A DNA stretch of 64,000 nucleotides from positions 3,656,811 to 3,720,810 of the forward strand of contig CAXXUK010000001.1 of assembly GCA_963665125.2 (NCBI GenBank). Reading direction: 5' to 3'. The stretch comes from an uncultured Desulfarculus sp. GTDB lineage: Bacteria > Desulfobacterota > Desulfarculia > Desulfarculales > Desulfarculaceae. A program made the position numbers and the translations under genes. This document shows positions 41,271 through 51,899 of this stretch, piece by piece. Each line of letters opens with the position of its first letter. Position 1 is the first letter of the stretch. Under the pieces are notes generated by a model that ran no database searches, was not told the origin of the DNA, and was given only the letters and a program-made list of their open reading frames with translations.

Positions 41271-41831
41271 ATGAAAATAACAGCGAGAAAGACCGCAAGA
41301 ACGAAAACTCAGAACAACCTGATGGGGCTGCTGATGCAGAAGAAAGGCAGAAGGGAGCTGGATGATCTTTATATTAACGGGAATGATCCCAATATGAAGA
41401 CCATGATGAGAAAAATCGCAGGGAATCTGGGCCCGAAACAGAAAATTGTTATAGTGGGAAGCCTTCATTGCAACAGGGAGCAAATCTATGAACTCGCCGC
41501 CGAGATGGAAATTAACAGGAAACAGGTCGAGATTTGCGATGACTATAAGAAACTGAAAAACACAGGCTTCGGACACCTGAGAAATAATCCCGTATATGCC
41601 GGAATCCTGGTGGGCGAAGTGCCCCATCACACGAAAGACACGGAAAACTACAACAGCGCCACAGGCTTATTCAGTAGAGATTCCGGCTTCCCACCCTGCG
41701 AAATAATTTCCACCATATCAGGAAAACTCAAGATGACAAAGACATCCCTCAAAACAGGCTTGATGCATTTGATGATAAAGATTGGGGAGATGCAGGCAAG
41801 TCCCGGAATCACCCATTTTGTAACGATTTGA
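41271..41831 (+). CDS. hypothetical alpha/beta protein (DUF2325-like appearance)
   Basis: RBS aggggag; KIVIVG, ILVGEVPH, GFPP, LKMTK motifs. Confidence 0.65.
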   Translation: MKITARKTARTKTQNNLMGLLMQKKGRRELDDLYINGNDPNMKTMMRKIAGNLGPKQKIVIVGSLHCNREQIYELAAEMEINRKQVEICDDYKKLKNTGFGHLRNNPVYAGILVGEVPHHTKDTENYNSATGLFSRDSGFPPCEIISTISGKLKMTKTSLKTGLMHLMIKIGEMQASPGITHFVTI

Positions 41832-41893
41832 TTAAATTATTAAGATTACCTGATTTATCGGAGAACAAATCGGATTAGAGGAGGAATGGGAAA

Positions 41894-42793
41894 ATGGATG
41901 TATTAACTAATCATTTATACAAAGTCTTGGGGTATGCAAAAAATCGTATTGCAGATCATATAAATACTGCTGGGAAATGCTGTAAACTAAAAGAATGCAA
42001 ATTTTCAGCAGCAGAGATGCCTGATTATAATGACAGGGATATTCAATATCTTTATATGATCAGGTATTATGTGGCATATCTATGTGAATATCGTTATATA
42101 TACAGGGAAATTCTAAATTTTCTTATGGGGTCTGAAGCATCGGTTCTCTCTTTAGGGGCAGGATGTTTGTTGGACCTTGATGGTCTTCACTATGCTATGT
42201 TTGATACAAGGACTCCAAAGGGTGTGGTGGATTATACTGGGATTGATATTGCCGAGTGGGAATTCAAAGTCAAAGTCCAGGGTATTAGAAATATGGCTTT
42301 TAATATAAATGTTTCAGAACTGGAATCTTCCCATTTGAATAAAAACGTCCTGATGTTCTCAAAATCTGTTATTGATATAGATGAAAGGGATTTCAATATT
42401 CTTGTAAAAAGAATGAATCAACATAATTACAGACACAGGAACCTGGTTCTGGCTTCTGTTCTTTCTCCAAGAGAAAATGAATATTATATGGATGCCTGTA
42501 AATCCAGGTTCAGGAGAGTTGCTGAAGTTTTCAGAAGCAAGGGATACACTTCTGATGATACTGTGGATATTAATTCCCCGTTTTATGGCGAACAGGTTTA
42601 TTGGGCACACATATTTGAGGGCGCTCGTAATCCCCAGTTCATAGTTGAATATTCAAAGGAACTGTCTTCATTATGTCCAATAAACCAAAAAAATGGTCAC
42701 ACCTGTAAAACTGATTGCGTGAGTAAACTCAATAGGTTTCCTGTAATGAAGGCAGATAATTTTCGATACCAGATTCTTCGAATGAAAAGATAA
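41894..42793 (+). CDS. class I SAM-dependent methyltransferase-like protein
   Basis: YMIRYYVAYLCEY, VLSLGAG, YTGIDI; Cys pairs at both ends. Confidence 0.6.
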   Translation: MDVLTNHLYKVLGYAKNRIADHINTAGKCCKLKECKFSAAEMPDYNDRDIQYLYMIRYYVAYLCEYRYIYREILNFLMGSEASVLSLGAGCLLDLDGLHYAMFDTRTPKGVVDYTGIDIAEWEFKVKVQGIRNMAFNINVSELESSHLNKNVLMFSKSVIDIDERDFNILVKRMNQHNYRHRNLVLASVLSPRENEYYMDACKSRFRRVAEVFRSKGYTSDDTVDINSPFYGEQVYWAHIFEGARNPQFIVEYSKELSSLCPINQKNGHTCKTDCVSKLNRFPVMKADNFRYQILRMKR

Positions 42794-42846
42794 AATCTGA
42801 GAAATCAGGTTTAAAACAATTTTTTGCAATCAAAAGGAGTATTTAT

Positions 42847-44253
42847 ATGGGCAAAAATGCTAAAATCGTTGTCAGTTGCAGTCGTCGGACGGATATTCCG
42901 GCTTGTTACTCCCAATGGTTGATTAACAGAATTCGTGATGGATATTGTCTCGTCCCGAATCCATTCAATTCTTTGCAAGTTTCTAAGGTACCTTTAAATA
43001 AAAATGACACATCAGTCATTGTATTCTGGACGAAAAATGCCGCTCCCCTTTCGCCATATCTTGATGAAATTAATGATAAAGGATTGAATTACTATTTCCA
43101 GTTTACCTTGAATAATTACCCTAAGGAGATCGAACCGGGGATTCCCTCTCTGGAAGAAAGAATCAAAACCTTCAAAGACCTTAGTGATAAGATTGGCAAA
43201 GCAAAAGTTATATGGAGATATGATCCCATAATCATTTCCAATAAAACCGATGCCCATTTTCATATTGAAAGTTTTAAATATATTTGTGACCGGTTGAAGG
43301 ATTCCACGGAAAGATGCGTCCTGAGTATCGTAGATATCTATCAAAAAACGGAAAGACGGATGAAGGAGCTGGAGAAATTTGGAATCAATGCTCAGCTTAC
43401 GCCTATGTCTGAAGTACAACTGGATGAGGTTATTCCATCTATTGTTAAATATGCAGAAGAAGCTGAGATAGATGTTTTCAGTTGCGCTGAAGGAAGTTTT
43501 CTCAAAGCATACGGAATAAAGCCGGGAAAATGTATTGACGATGCACTAATCAATAAGTTGTTTAAGATTGATTTTGATTGGAGTATTTCTCCATCCTCTT
43601 TACGAATAAAGAGTATTTTAGACTGGAAAGGTTTGTTGTTGAAATTACAAAAGCCTGAGAATGATGCTGAAAAAGGAATACAAGAGCTTTTAGAATTTAA
43701 AAGCAAAAGAACAATAGAATGTCGCAATCCAGACTCTGACATTAATCAAGAAACCAAAAAGATTATTATAAAGGAATTAAAAAGGTTAATAGATAAGGAA
43801 AAGCTTTATGAAGAAAAGGCTTTCTTAAAAGTAACCGGAGAAGTAAAAGAACTAATAAACAGAGGTGTCACAAATCTTAGCGAAAACAGGACTAAATTAT
43901 TAAACCGCTTAATACTGGAATCGGTTTTTCCTTATGAAATTGCAAAGATGCAGAAGGATACAAATCAAAGAGAATTATGCGGATGTATAAGTTCCAAAGA
44001 CATCGGCATTAATGATACTTGCGGTAACGGTTGTGTCTATTGTTATTCCACCAGTTCTTCAGAAGCAGCAAAAAAGAACTCAGAAGAGCATAACCCGGAT
44101 TCACCAATGCTTATTGGGAAACCCCATAGGAATGCTAACATCAAAGATTTGGCCAAAGAAAATGAAAAAATAACTCAGACGGAAAATACTAAGGAGAAAT
44201 CATCATTTGAAGAAAGTATAGCTGAACAGCTCGATTTGTTTTCCGTGCCTTAA
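42847..44253 (+). CDS. DUF1848 family protein (radical-SAM-like) with a ~120-aa insertion
   Basis: SRRTDIPA, VFWTKN, WRYDPII, CIDD, QRELCGCISSKDIG, CGNGCVYCY. Confidence 0.88.
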   Translation: MGKNAKIVVSCSRRTDIPACYSQWLINRIRDGYCLVPNPFNSLQVSKVPLNKNDTSVIVFWTKNAAPLSPYLDEINDKGLNYYFQFTLNNYPKEIEPGIPSLEERIKTFKDLSDKIGKAKVIWRYDPIIISNKTDAHFHIESFKYICDRLKDSTERCVLSIVDIYQKTERRMKELEKFGINAQLTPMSEVQLDEVIPSIVKYAEEAEIDVFSCAEGSFLKAYGIKPGKCIDDALINKLFKIDFDWSISPSSLRIKSILDWKGLLLKLQKPENDAEKGIQELLEFKSKRTIECRNPDSDINQETKKIIIKELKRLIDKEKLYEEKAFLKVTGEVKELINRGVTNLSENRTKLLNRLILESVFPYEIAKMQKDTNQRELCGCISSKDIGINDTCGNGCVYCYSTSSSEAAKKNSEEHNPDSPMLIGKPHRNANIKDLAKENEKITQTENTKEKSSFEESIAEQLDLFSVP

Positions 44254-44527
44254 AAAATCATTGTGAGTGGCGGATTCTATGATGAAAAACTGTTTCAATG
44301 TGAGTTTTTTACACTTCTGAATGCAGGATTTGACTTCACAAAGTTTAATCAATATCTCTTCAGAAAAGAATGTAATATTGCTATAATGTCCATTGTTAAC
44401 CGACAGAACCGGTTCTATGCAGCCTCAGGCAGGGATGTACAATCTGTCGGTTTTATCTGCGTTTTGTGTAAATCTTCCCCCACTGGGGTGGATAAAAGCT
44501 CCAAACTATTTATTGCAAGGAAACCCG

Positions 44528-45514
44528 ATGTTAAACAATACGATACCCTCAAATGATTATAATGATAAACGGACTTTTAACGGCAAGATACCAAGTTCTC
44601 CAACGGTTCTCCCCTTTTTCTCCCGCCATGAAACTTTCCATCCCCGGTTTGGATGGCTGAAGAAGGGATTCGATATGGCGCTTCAACATCCCGATCTTTT
44701 CCGCAGAAATGATGCTCCCGTGATTCTTGGGGTCGGGAAGAATATGGTTCGCGCCATCAGATACTGGTGTAGTGCCTTCAAGGTGCTGGATGAAGTAGAT
44801 GACGGGTCGGGAAGGGGCAAAAAGATCGTCCCCACTGCTCTGGGAATCAAGCTCCTCAGCGATGAGGGCTGGGATCCTTATCTGGAGGATTCAGCTTCCC
44901 TCTGGCTTCTCCACTGGAGCCTTCTTAAACCTCCGTGCCAGGCGCCTTCGTGGTTCTATGTGTTCAACCTGTTCAGGCACAATGAATTTACTTCGTTGGA
45001 TATCCTTATAGGGCTTGAGGATTTTAAAACGGTTCATCTCCCTGAAGCCAGGGCGGTTACCTCTTCCCTTAAAAAGGACATATCCTGCCTCATAAGGATG
45101 TACACGGAAAAACAGCATAGCGAGGGACCTGTGGAGGATTCCATTAATTCACCTTTCATGGCTTTGAGCCTGATTAAAGAAGCAGTCGGTTCAAATCATC
45201 TCTATTTCAATTTCGAGAAAAAACACAACCTCCCGGCTTCTATTCTGACTGCCGTTTGCCTGGATTATGCGGCAGAGACATCGGGCAATGCCAAGACCAT
45301 CGACACAAACAGGCTTCTCTATAACGAAGGCTCTCCGGGGCTGATATTAAGAATCAGACAGCAGCAGCTCGTAGCAGCTCTGGAAGATGTCTGCGCTTCT
45401 GAAAAAAAGCTGTCATTGTCGGATTCTGCCGGATTAATCCAGTTGTCTTTCCCGGAATCGCCTGGAAAGATAAGGGATGAGCTTCTGGAAGGTTATTACA
45501 AAAAAAGTCATTAG
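44528..45514 (+). CDS. sspB: DUF4007 protein, SspB-like
   Basis: FSRHETFHPRFGWLKKG, LGVGKNMVRAIRYW, DPYLED, LWLLHW; lies upstream of an ATPase and a PAPS reductase; start uncertain (ORF open from 44393). Confidence 0.8.
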   Translation: MLNNTIPSNDYNDKRTFNGKIPSSPTVLPFFSRHETFHPRFGWLKKGFDMALQHPDLFRRNDAPVILGVGKNMVRAIRYWCSAFKVLDEVDDGSGRGKKIVPTALGIKLLSDEGWDPYLEDSASLWLLHWSLLKPPCQAPSWFYVFNLFRHNEFTSLDILIGLEDFKTVHLPEARAVTSSLKKDISCLIRMYTEKQHSEGPVEDSINSPFMALSLIKEAVGSNHLYFNFEKKHNLPASILTAVCLDYAAETSGNAKTIDTNRLLYNEGSPGLILRIRQQQLVAALEDVCASEKKLSLSDSAGLIQLSFPESPGKIRDELLEGYYKKSH

Positions 45515-45962
45515 CTGTCCTTCGCAGAAGGCATTTTAAAGTCAGGAAGAAATAAACCACAGAGGACTGAGTGCACAGAGAGGAAATGGAGAGGAATGGG
45601 AAAGGAAATTGAGAGGTAAATATTCAGACCCTTGTCACAGGAGCAATTTGCAATTGCGACAATTCCCGAAATTTCCGTGAGGCTAGCGACTTCGCGTAGC
45701 TCCTGCGGGAAGGGATCTGAATACATATATTGAGAAATTCCGGTTGTCAATTTCCACCACCAGTATATTTGAATCCATCACAGGAGGAAGGGGAATTCCC
45801 GACTGTGAAAGGGCAAAACCAGGAAAACAGCAAAGCCATAAATTTGGTTAATGCTCAGGACAAGCGGGCTGGAGGCCCTCCCACATTAGATGTTGAATAA
45901 ACATATTTCTTTTATAGCGAAAATCCATTATAAGATAACAGCGGAAGGAAAAATTTCGAATA

Positions 45963-47625
45963 ATGAAACTGCTCTACGAAATAATTGAAATAAACAGAAG
46001 ATATGCACGATCAATTAATCTTGAAAGAGATTTTGATATTCCCGGCAGCCTGGAGGGGTATATTCCCACTTCACGCGCTATTGATGTTCTTCAGCGGTTT
46101 ATCTACTCCAGTGCAATTCCCGATACAAACCGTGCCTGGACTGTTACCGGAGTTTATGGAACCGGCAAGTCCGCTTTTGCCCATTTTCTTATATCTCTTT
46201 GTGGAACTTCCGGAAACCCTGCAAGGGATAAGGCATTCTCCATTCTCAGAAATAATGAAGGGACACGGGGTCTTGTTTATGAGGATTTCGTCAGATATTT
46301 ACCGGAAGAAGGTCTTCTGAGAGCCGTTGCCACCGCTTCCTCGGAACCGGTAAGCAATACCGTTATAAAAGCTTTGCATAGAAGCCTCAGCGATTTGACT
46401 GAGGAAGCTGAAAAGTCTGGAATTGATGTTATAAAGAAAATAAAAGAGATTTACGGAAAAATTCTGTCCGGATATAAAGCAGGAAACGAAGAGGTTCTCA
46501 ATCTTCTGAAAAAACTTGCGGAAACCGCAGGGAAGGGCATTATCATTATTCTTGATGAACTGGGCAAGAACCTGGAATACTCGGTCTATAACCGATCCAT
46601 AAATGATTTATATCTCCTTCAGCAAATTGCTGAGATGCCGGCCCACAAGGATTCTCCCGCTGTTTTTCTCCTGTGTCTGATGCACCGTTCATTTTCCGAC
46701 TATACATCGGGGCTTTCAGAATCCCAGCGGAATGAGTGGGGAAAGATTCACGGAAGGTTTTGAGGATATTGCTTTTTCTGAAGAGGACAGTCAGGTCATA
46801 AACCTGATGAGCAGTGCAATAAAGATGAAAGTTGATGCTCAAACCGGAAAAACTGTTGAATTATGGGCGGAAAGTTGGGAGAAATACCTTCATGACTCTT
46901 TGAAAATTCCCCATATAAACAGGCAAGAGCTGAAAGGTCTTTATCCCCTTCATCCCCTGACCACGCTGGTTCTCCCCATTCTATGCCATAAATTCGCCCA
47001 GAACGACAGAACCCTGTTCACTTTCATCACTGGATCGGAGCCATACAGCTTCAGGCGTTTTCTTGAAGGAACTCCCTGGAACGGGAGAAAAACGGAAGTA
47101 TTGAAGCTTCATAACCTCTATGATTACTTTGTGGAATCCGTAGCGTTGACCGGCTCCATATCGGGTAATCTGCAGAAATGGGCGGAGATTCAGGAGGCTA
47201 TACAGAGTAAAAGGTTCCTGCCGGTGGAGCTGCAGAATGTTCTGAAAACCGTGGGAATACTGAACCTGTGCTTTTCCGGGGGAACTCCTTTGAAAGCCTC
47301 GGTGGATGTGGTCGTCGCCGCCCTCTGCAATAACAGCCCCGATGAAAAGGAAGTCCGGATAAGGAAGGTACAAATAGAACAGATTCTCGAACAAAACATA
47401 GCCACATGGTGGAAGAGCCTCGATGAAATAAGGCTGTGGGAGGGGTCCGATTTTGACATACAGGAAGCGGTATCAAAGGAGAGCGAACTCACAAGGCTTC
47501 CCCTTCATCAACTGATGTCCCGTTTCAATCCCTTAAGCCCTGTTGTGGCGCAGAGACACAGTTACAAAACTGGAACACTGAGGTATTTCAGGAGGGAGTA
47601 TGGGGGATCAGTTGTCAAAAACTAA
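45963..47625 (+). pseudogene. sspC: SspC-like ATP-binding protein, frameshifted (~46760) and 3'-truncated
   Basis: RSINLERD, GVYGTGKS, ILDELGK, QQIAE, EWGKIHGRF|EDI (one extra T), YPLHP, AQNDRTLF, RHSYKTGTLRYF; ends abruptly at an AT-rich insert. Confidence 0.75.
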
Positions 47626-47632
47626 AGAGTCA

Positions 47633-47958
47633 TCAAGCATCTGGTCTGTAAACTTTTTTTAGAATAATATTTCTCTCAAACGCTCCTCTTTCAATCTTTT
47701 TTAATTCTTTGATTTTTAAAACATAATCTAAATCATGTCCCTTTTTTATTGCAATATTTTCTATAACCTCGATTAAATCTGCGAGTTCTTCAACCTCACC
47801 ACTCTGATTAAATTCATCTGCCCTCTTCATATATTTTCTTAGCAAGATATTTAATTGCTTCATCATCTGATACGAATTTTACTTTCGCATTTCTTGCCTT
47901 TATGAGTTATTATTTCTGGAATCAAATCTCTTACAATTTTGTCATAGTTTATGAGCAT
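47633..47958 (-). pseudogene. nucleoside triphosphate pyrophosphohydrolase (MazG-like/PRA-PH), frameshifted
   Basis: MLINYDKIVRDLIPEII from ATG 47958; EELADLIEV and ERGAF in another frame. Confidence 0.75.
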
Positions 47959-47962
47959 AAAT

Positions 47963-50400
47963 CTATCCTTCATCTATAAACTGGAATATTTTCGCTTCTA
48001 AATCATAATTAAGCCTTGTTTTATAATAATCCTTTAAATCCTCTTTCATCTGTCTTTTGATATTTTCTATATCGTTAATATTTAAGGATTTCCAAAGATG
48101 ATTGTTAAACGAAACCTCAGAGAGATCCTTACAATAGTTAATAAATCTTTTTCTTTCGAATTTTTCATAAGGATATTTAAGGACATGTCTTTTAACACTT
48201 TTTTTATCAATCAGAAATTCTTTATTATTGTATGGAGACTTTTCAGATTCGACAGTAAGTCTTTTATCCATAAGATATAAATAAAACGAAATATATGAAT
48301 TTAAAAATGCGTCAATATTCGCAATCCCCTTTGAATTTACATGCTTTAATAAAGACAGTATGAAAATCATTTTATAACTGTAAGTATAGTCCTTATTGCC
48401 AATAAACTCAAAAAAATCGTTTTTAATTGTTGTAATATCTCTTGGTTTTAAATCTAATTGTTTTCTGATTAATTCAATGCTACTTTTGTAAAAAAAATAT
48501 AGATTTCTATTTCCAAAAGAGAATTCTTTATCAGGTATTATTTTCCGGTTTTTTATATGAATCCGAACTGTTTCTTCACTTACCCATAGTTCTCGTGATA
48601 ACTCTGGCATTGAAATCATATCTTCAACTTTTTGTTCAAAAGTAAATGGGTCAATTTCCTGCAATGATGAAACCCAGAGATTAATATCAAGATTCTGAAT
48701 GAAATCCGGTTGTATTTTTAGTTTCATCAGCGAATCCGGACAACATACAAAATCACCAATTCGATATTGATTGAGGTTAAATACAGCATGAATACTCCAG
48801 GAAGGATCCGTTGTCATAAAATTATCTACAAAATCAACTACCAATAGATAATCCTTTCCTTCAGATTTTCGAACACCCCTTCCAAGTTGTTGCATATAAA
48901 GGACTTTTGACATTGTTGGTCTTGCCATAAATAAGACAGATGTCTTTGGTGAATCCCAGCCTTCTGACAATAGCGAGCAAGCCATTAAAACATCTACATC
49001 GCCATTATGATAGCGATTGAGAATATCTTCTCTCTCCTTTATATTCATTGAGCCGTGAATTTCTGACGATTTGATTCCGTTTTTATTAAACAGTTTTGCT
49101 AACCTTTTAGCATGATCTACTGAAATACAGAAAATAACAGTTTTCTTTCCTGTTCCCTTTATATATTTTATATATGTCTCTAAAATTATATCATCTCTTT
49201 GATCCACTATCAGGCGTTTTTCTAAATCTTTCTTTGTGTAATCATACCTGTTGACTTTTATATTACTGAAATCAATATTGGTATTAATGCGAATTGCTCT
49301 TATAGGTGCAAGTTTTCCTTTCTTAATTGCTCTTTGAATGTCAAGACTATGTGCGATTTTGCCAAATATTTCTTCAAGGTCCTGTCTGTCTGATCTTTCA
49401 GGTGTAGCTGTTAGACCTAAGAGAAAATCAGGGTCAAGATAATTCTATATTAAAAATCTATATGTTCGTGCAGCCCCATGATGAGCTTCATCGATAATTA
49501 CATATTTATAATAATCGGGTTCAATATTCCTTAGGTTATTGAACATGCCCTGAATTGTTCTACATGTAATTTTTCCTTCATTCCAGGCAGAACCCCAATG
49601 TTCCTGAAATCGAGTTTTTGCTTGTTCTATCAATTCTTTTGTATGAGCTACATATAAAGTATTTCCATTAATTCTCTGAGCATCTTTAATTGCAATTACT
49701 GTTTTTCCTGTACCTGTTGCCTGTGTCAATAATGCTGCTTTATCCCCATTATTCCTTGCTTCTTCTAAAGCCTTTAACGCTTGCTCCTGATGTTCCCAGT
49801 TATCAACAAAATATACCTTGTTTCTCTCGATTAACTCCTCATGTCTAAAAAAGGTAAGATTTGAGAAATAATCTTTTAAAAATTGAATGATTTCATCCTT
49901 ATTTTCAACAAGTTGCCTGCTTGTCCATCTAAAAACCTTGAATCCCTTACTCACAATATAATTTTGACGCTGTATTTGTTTAAGATATGGCTTTATTCCT
50001 GTGAAACACGGGTTATGAAATGTTTCCCCGTTTATTTCGATTGCAATGAGACCAATTGAAGTTTTTAGAACATAATCTATATAGATAATGTTCTCTCCGT
50101 TATATTTAATGGGATATTGGGAAACTCAAAAATTCTCTGTTATCGAATCCTAAAGCAGAAGCAAAAATTTCTTCAAAATCATCTTCAGATTTGGTTGTAT
50201 TTACTGTTCTAATGAAGTCTTTCTGGGCAACATTAAGATCGGAAATATGAAAATCAAGGTTTTCTTTTGTATAATCCGGAGATAGAATTCTAAAGACAGA
50301 ATAATCTTCTGAGAACAGCTTGTTCTGTTTTTCCAATTCTTCCCCGTATCTTTCAGGGTTTGCAGCTCTGTCTTTGATCCAGTTATCGTCTATAAATATT
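47963..50400 (-). pseudogene. DUF559/Vsr-like nuclease plus SF2 DEAD/DEAH helicase, disrupted
   Basis: AIEINGETFH...RQNYIVSKGFKVFRW; ATGTGKT, DEAHH, LTATP, EGWD, QQLGRG; frameshift ~50120 and in-frame TAG 49445-49447; 5' end uncertain. Confidence 0.8.
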
Positions 50401-50696
50401 ATTTTGTTTGTTTTCTACCAACATATCTTTCATAGTATATATTTCTTCATTTCAAGTAAGAAAACCTTCTCACATTCAAGACCTAAAATATTCAATATAA
50501 AATCTGCAAGAGCATTCTCAATCAAGCGCTTCCAATAATCCAGGCGATTAAAGAAGTCTGTCCCGGTGTTTTGCATCCATCGGTATTCCTTCCTTTTGAT
50601 TACGGCAATATGGGAATGACCGAAGAGTCACGAAAAGCCCCGGAGAGACTTAGCTTCTGTAAGCCGACATCAATTATCGAATTTTAAATATTACAC

Positions 50697-50972
50697 AGCT
50701 CAGGCAGAGATGCCTGAGCTACTGGTATTTAATGTGAATCCCCGGCTGAGTAAGTGGTTCTTCTGCAAGAACCGGACTGACTGAGCTGCAGGCTTCCCAG
50801 GGAAGCCGGGATGGTTACATGTGTGTTCGGAAAGAGAACACAGGCAATTCCCGGCAAGTTACAATCATGCAATTCAGGTAGCCGGGTGGCCCCTGCCCCC
50901 GGCGACAGGTATGGAACCGAGTCAACATTGGATAATCGGGACCAACTGCCCACAAGACTGTGTGCAGTACCG
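50697..50972. repeat. cluster of REP-like hairpins
   Basis: GTAG-CTCAGGCA-TCTC-TGCCTGAG (minus, 50697-50722), GTAG-CCGGG...CCCGGC (50878-50903), and a copy of the 2390 REP (50946-50972). Confidence 0.65.
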
Positions 50973-51112
50973 GGTTTTGCCCTATTTTCACCCTGACCGG
51001 GCGCCAACGGGGAAGGTTGATCAGCCTGAAAATCTCCGGATTTACCAATCTTCTCCTTAACTAAAGAAACTTATAATACTGTAAATCAAGAATCTTATTC
51101 AGGAAGGTCTAA

Positions 51113-51899
51113 ATGCGTCATATTTTAGGTCTCTCAGGCGGTAAGGATTCCACCGCCCTCGCCATTCTTCTTCATAAAGATATCCCGGAAATGGAGTATT
51201 TCTTCTGCGATACGGGCAGAGAACTGGATGAGACATACTCATATCTGGAAAAAATCAAAGCAAGGCTTAATATTAAAATCACATACCTCAACCCCGAAAG
51301 AAACTTTGATTTCTGGCTCGATATGTATGGAGGATACCTCCCTTCTTCCCAGTCCCGGTGGTGCACCCGGCAGCTCAAGATAAAACCCCTGGAAAAATTC
51401 ATCGGCGATGACGAGACATTCAGCTTCATCGGAATCAGAGCGGACGAAACCGGGACGGCTACATATCCTCAAAACCCAATATAAAACCGGTCTATCCCTT
51501 CAAAGAGAGAAATATGGGGAAGGAAGATATTCTCAAACTTCTGGAAGACAAGGGCATAGGGCTTCCCGACTATTATCAATGGCGCTCCCGTTCGGGGTGC
51601 TTCTTCTGCTTTTTTTCAGCGTAAAATCGAATGGATAGGCTTACACGAACACCACCCCGACCTTTTTGAGAAAGCTGCAAAGTATGAACAGGAACACAAA
51701 GACGGCAGAATCTACACCTGGAACCAGGGCGAAACCCTCTGGGAAATCCTCGCCCGCAAAGACGAAATAGTAGCTGAATTCAACAAAAGACAGGAAATCA
51801 CAAAAAAAATCCAAACCGGGCAGAAGCCTGTCGGAGATCTTTGAAGAGACAGTAGAAGACGACGGGTATGAGCAGATGTGCAGGATTTGTTCACTATAA
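51113..51899 (+). pseudogene. sspD: PAPS-reductase-family protein, SspD-like; three homopolymer frameshifts as given
   Basis: SGGKDS, DTG, RWCT, GIRADE|NRDGY, RSRSGCFFCF|FQRKIEW, C-terminal CRIC; indels near 51448, 51612 and 51805. Confidence 0.8.

Noticed and set aside
44263..44556. 97-aa ORF upstream of sspB
   Set aside because: No RBS, overlaps the sspB frame, no motifs.
49445..49447. Pyrrolysine readthrough at the in-frame TAG
   Set aside because: The position corresponds to an ordinary hydrophobic residue before NYLDPDFLLGLTATP and the gene has other lesions, so a nonsense change is simpler.
50729..51060. Four short overlapping ORFs
   Set aside because: They coincide with a GC-rich REP hairpin cluster and give unprotein-like translations; the minus ORF at 51048 has an SD but no other support.
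44528..51899. BREX type 4 assignment (DUF4007, ATPase and PAPS reductase)
   Set aside because: No PglZ or BrxL gene in the window; the downstream FGH-like trio fits Ssp better.
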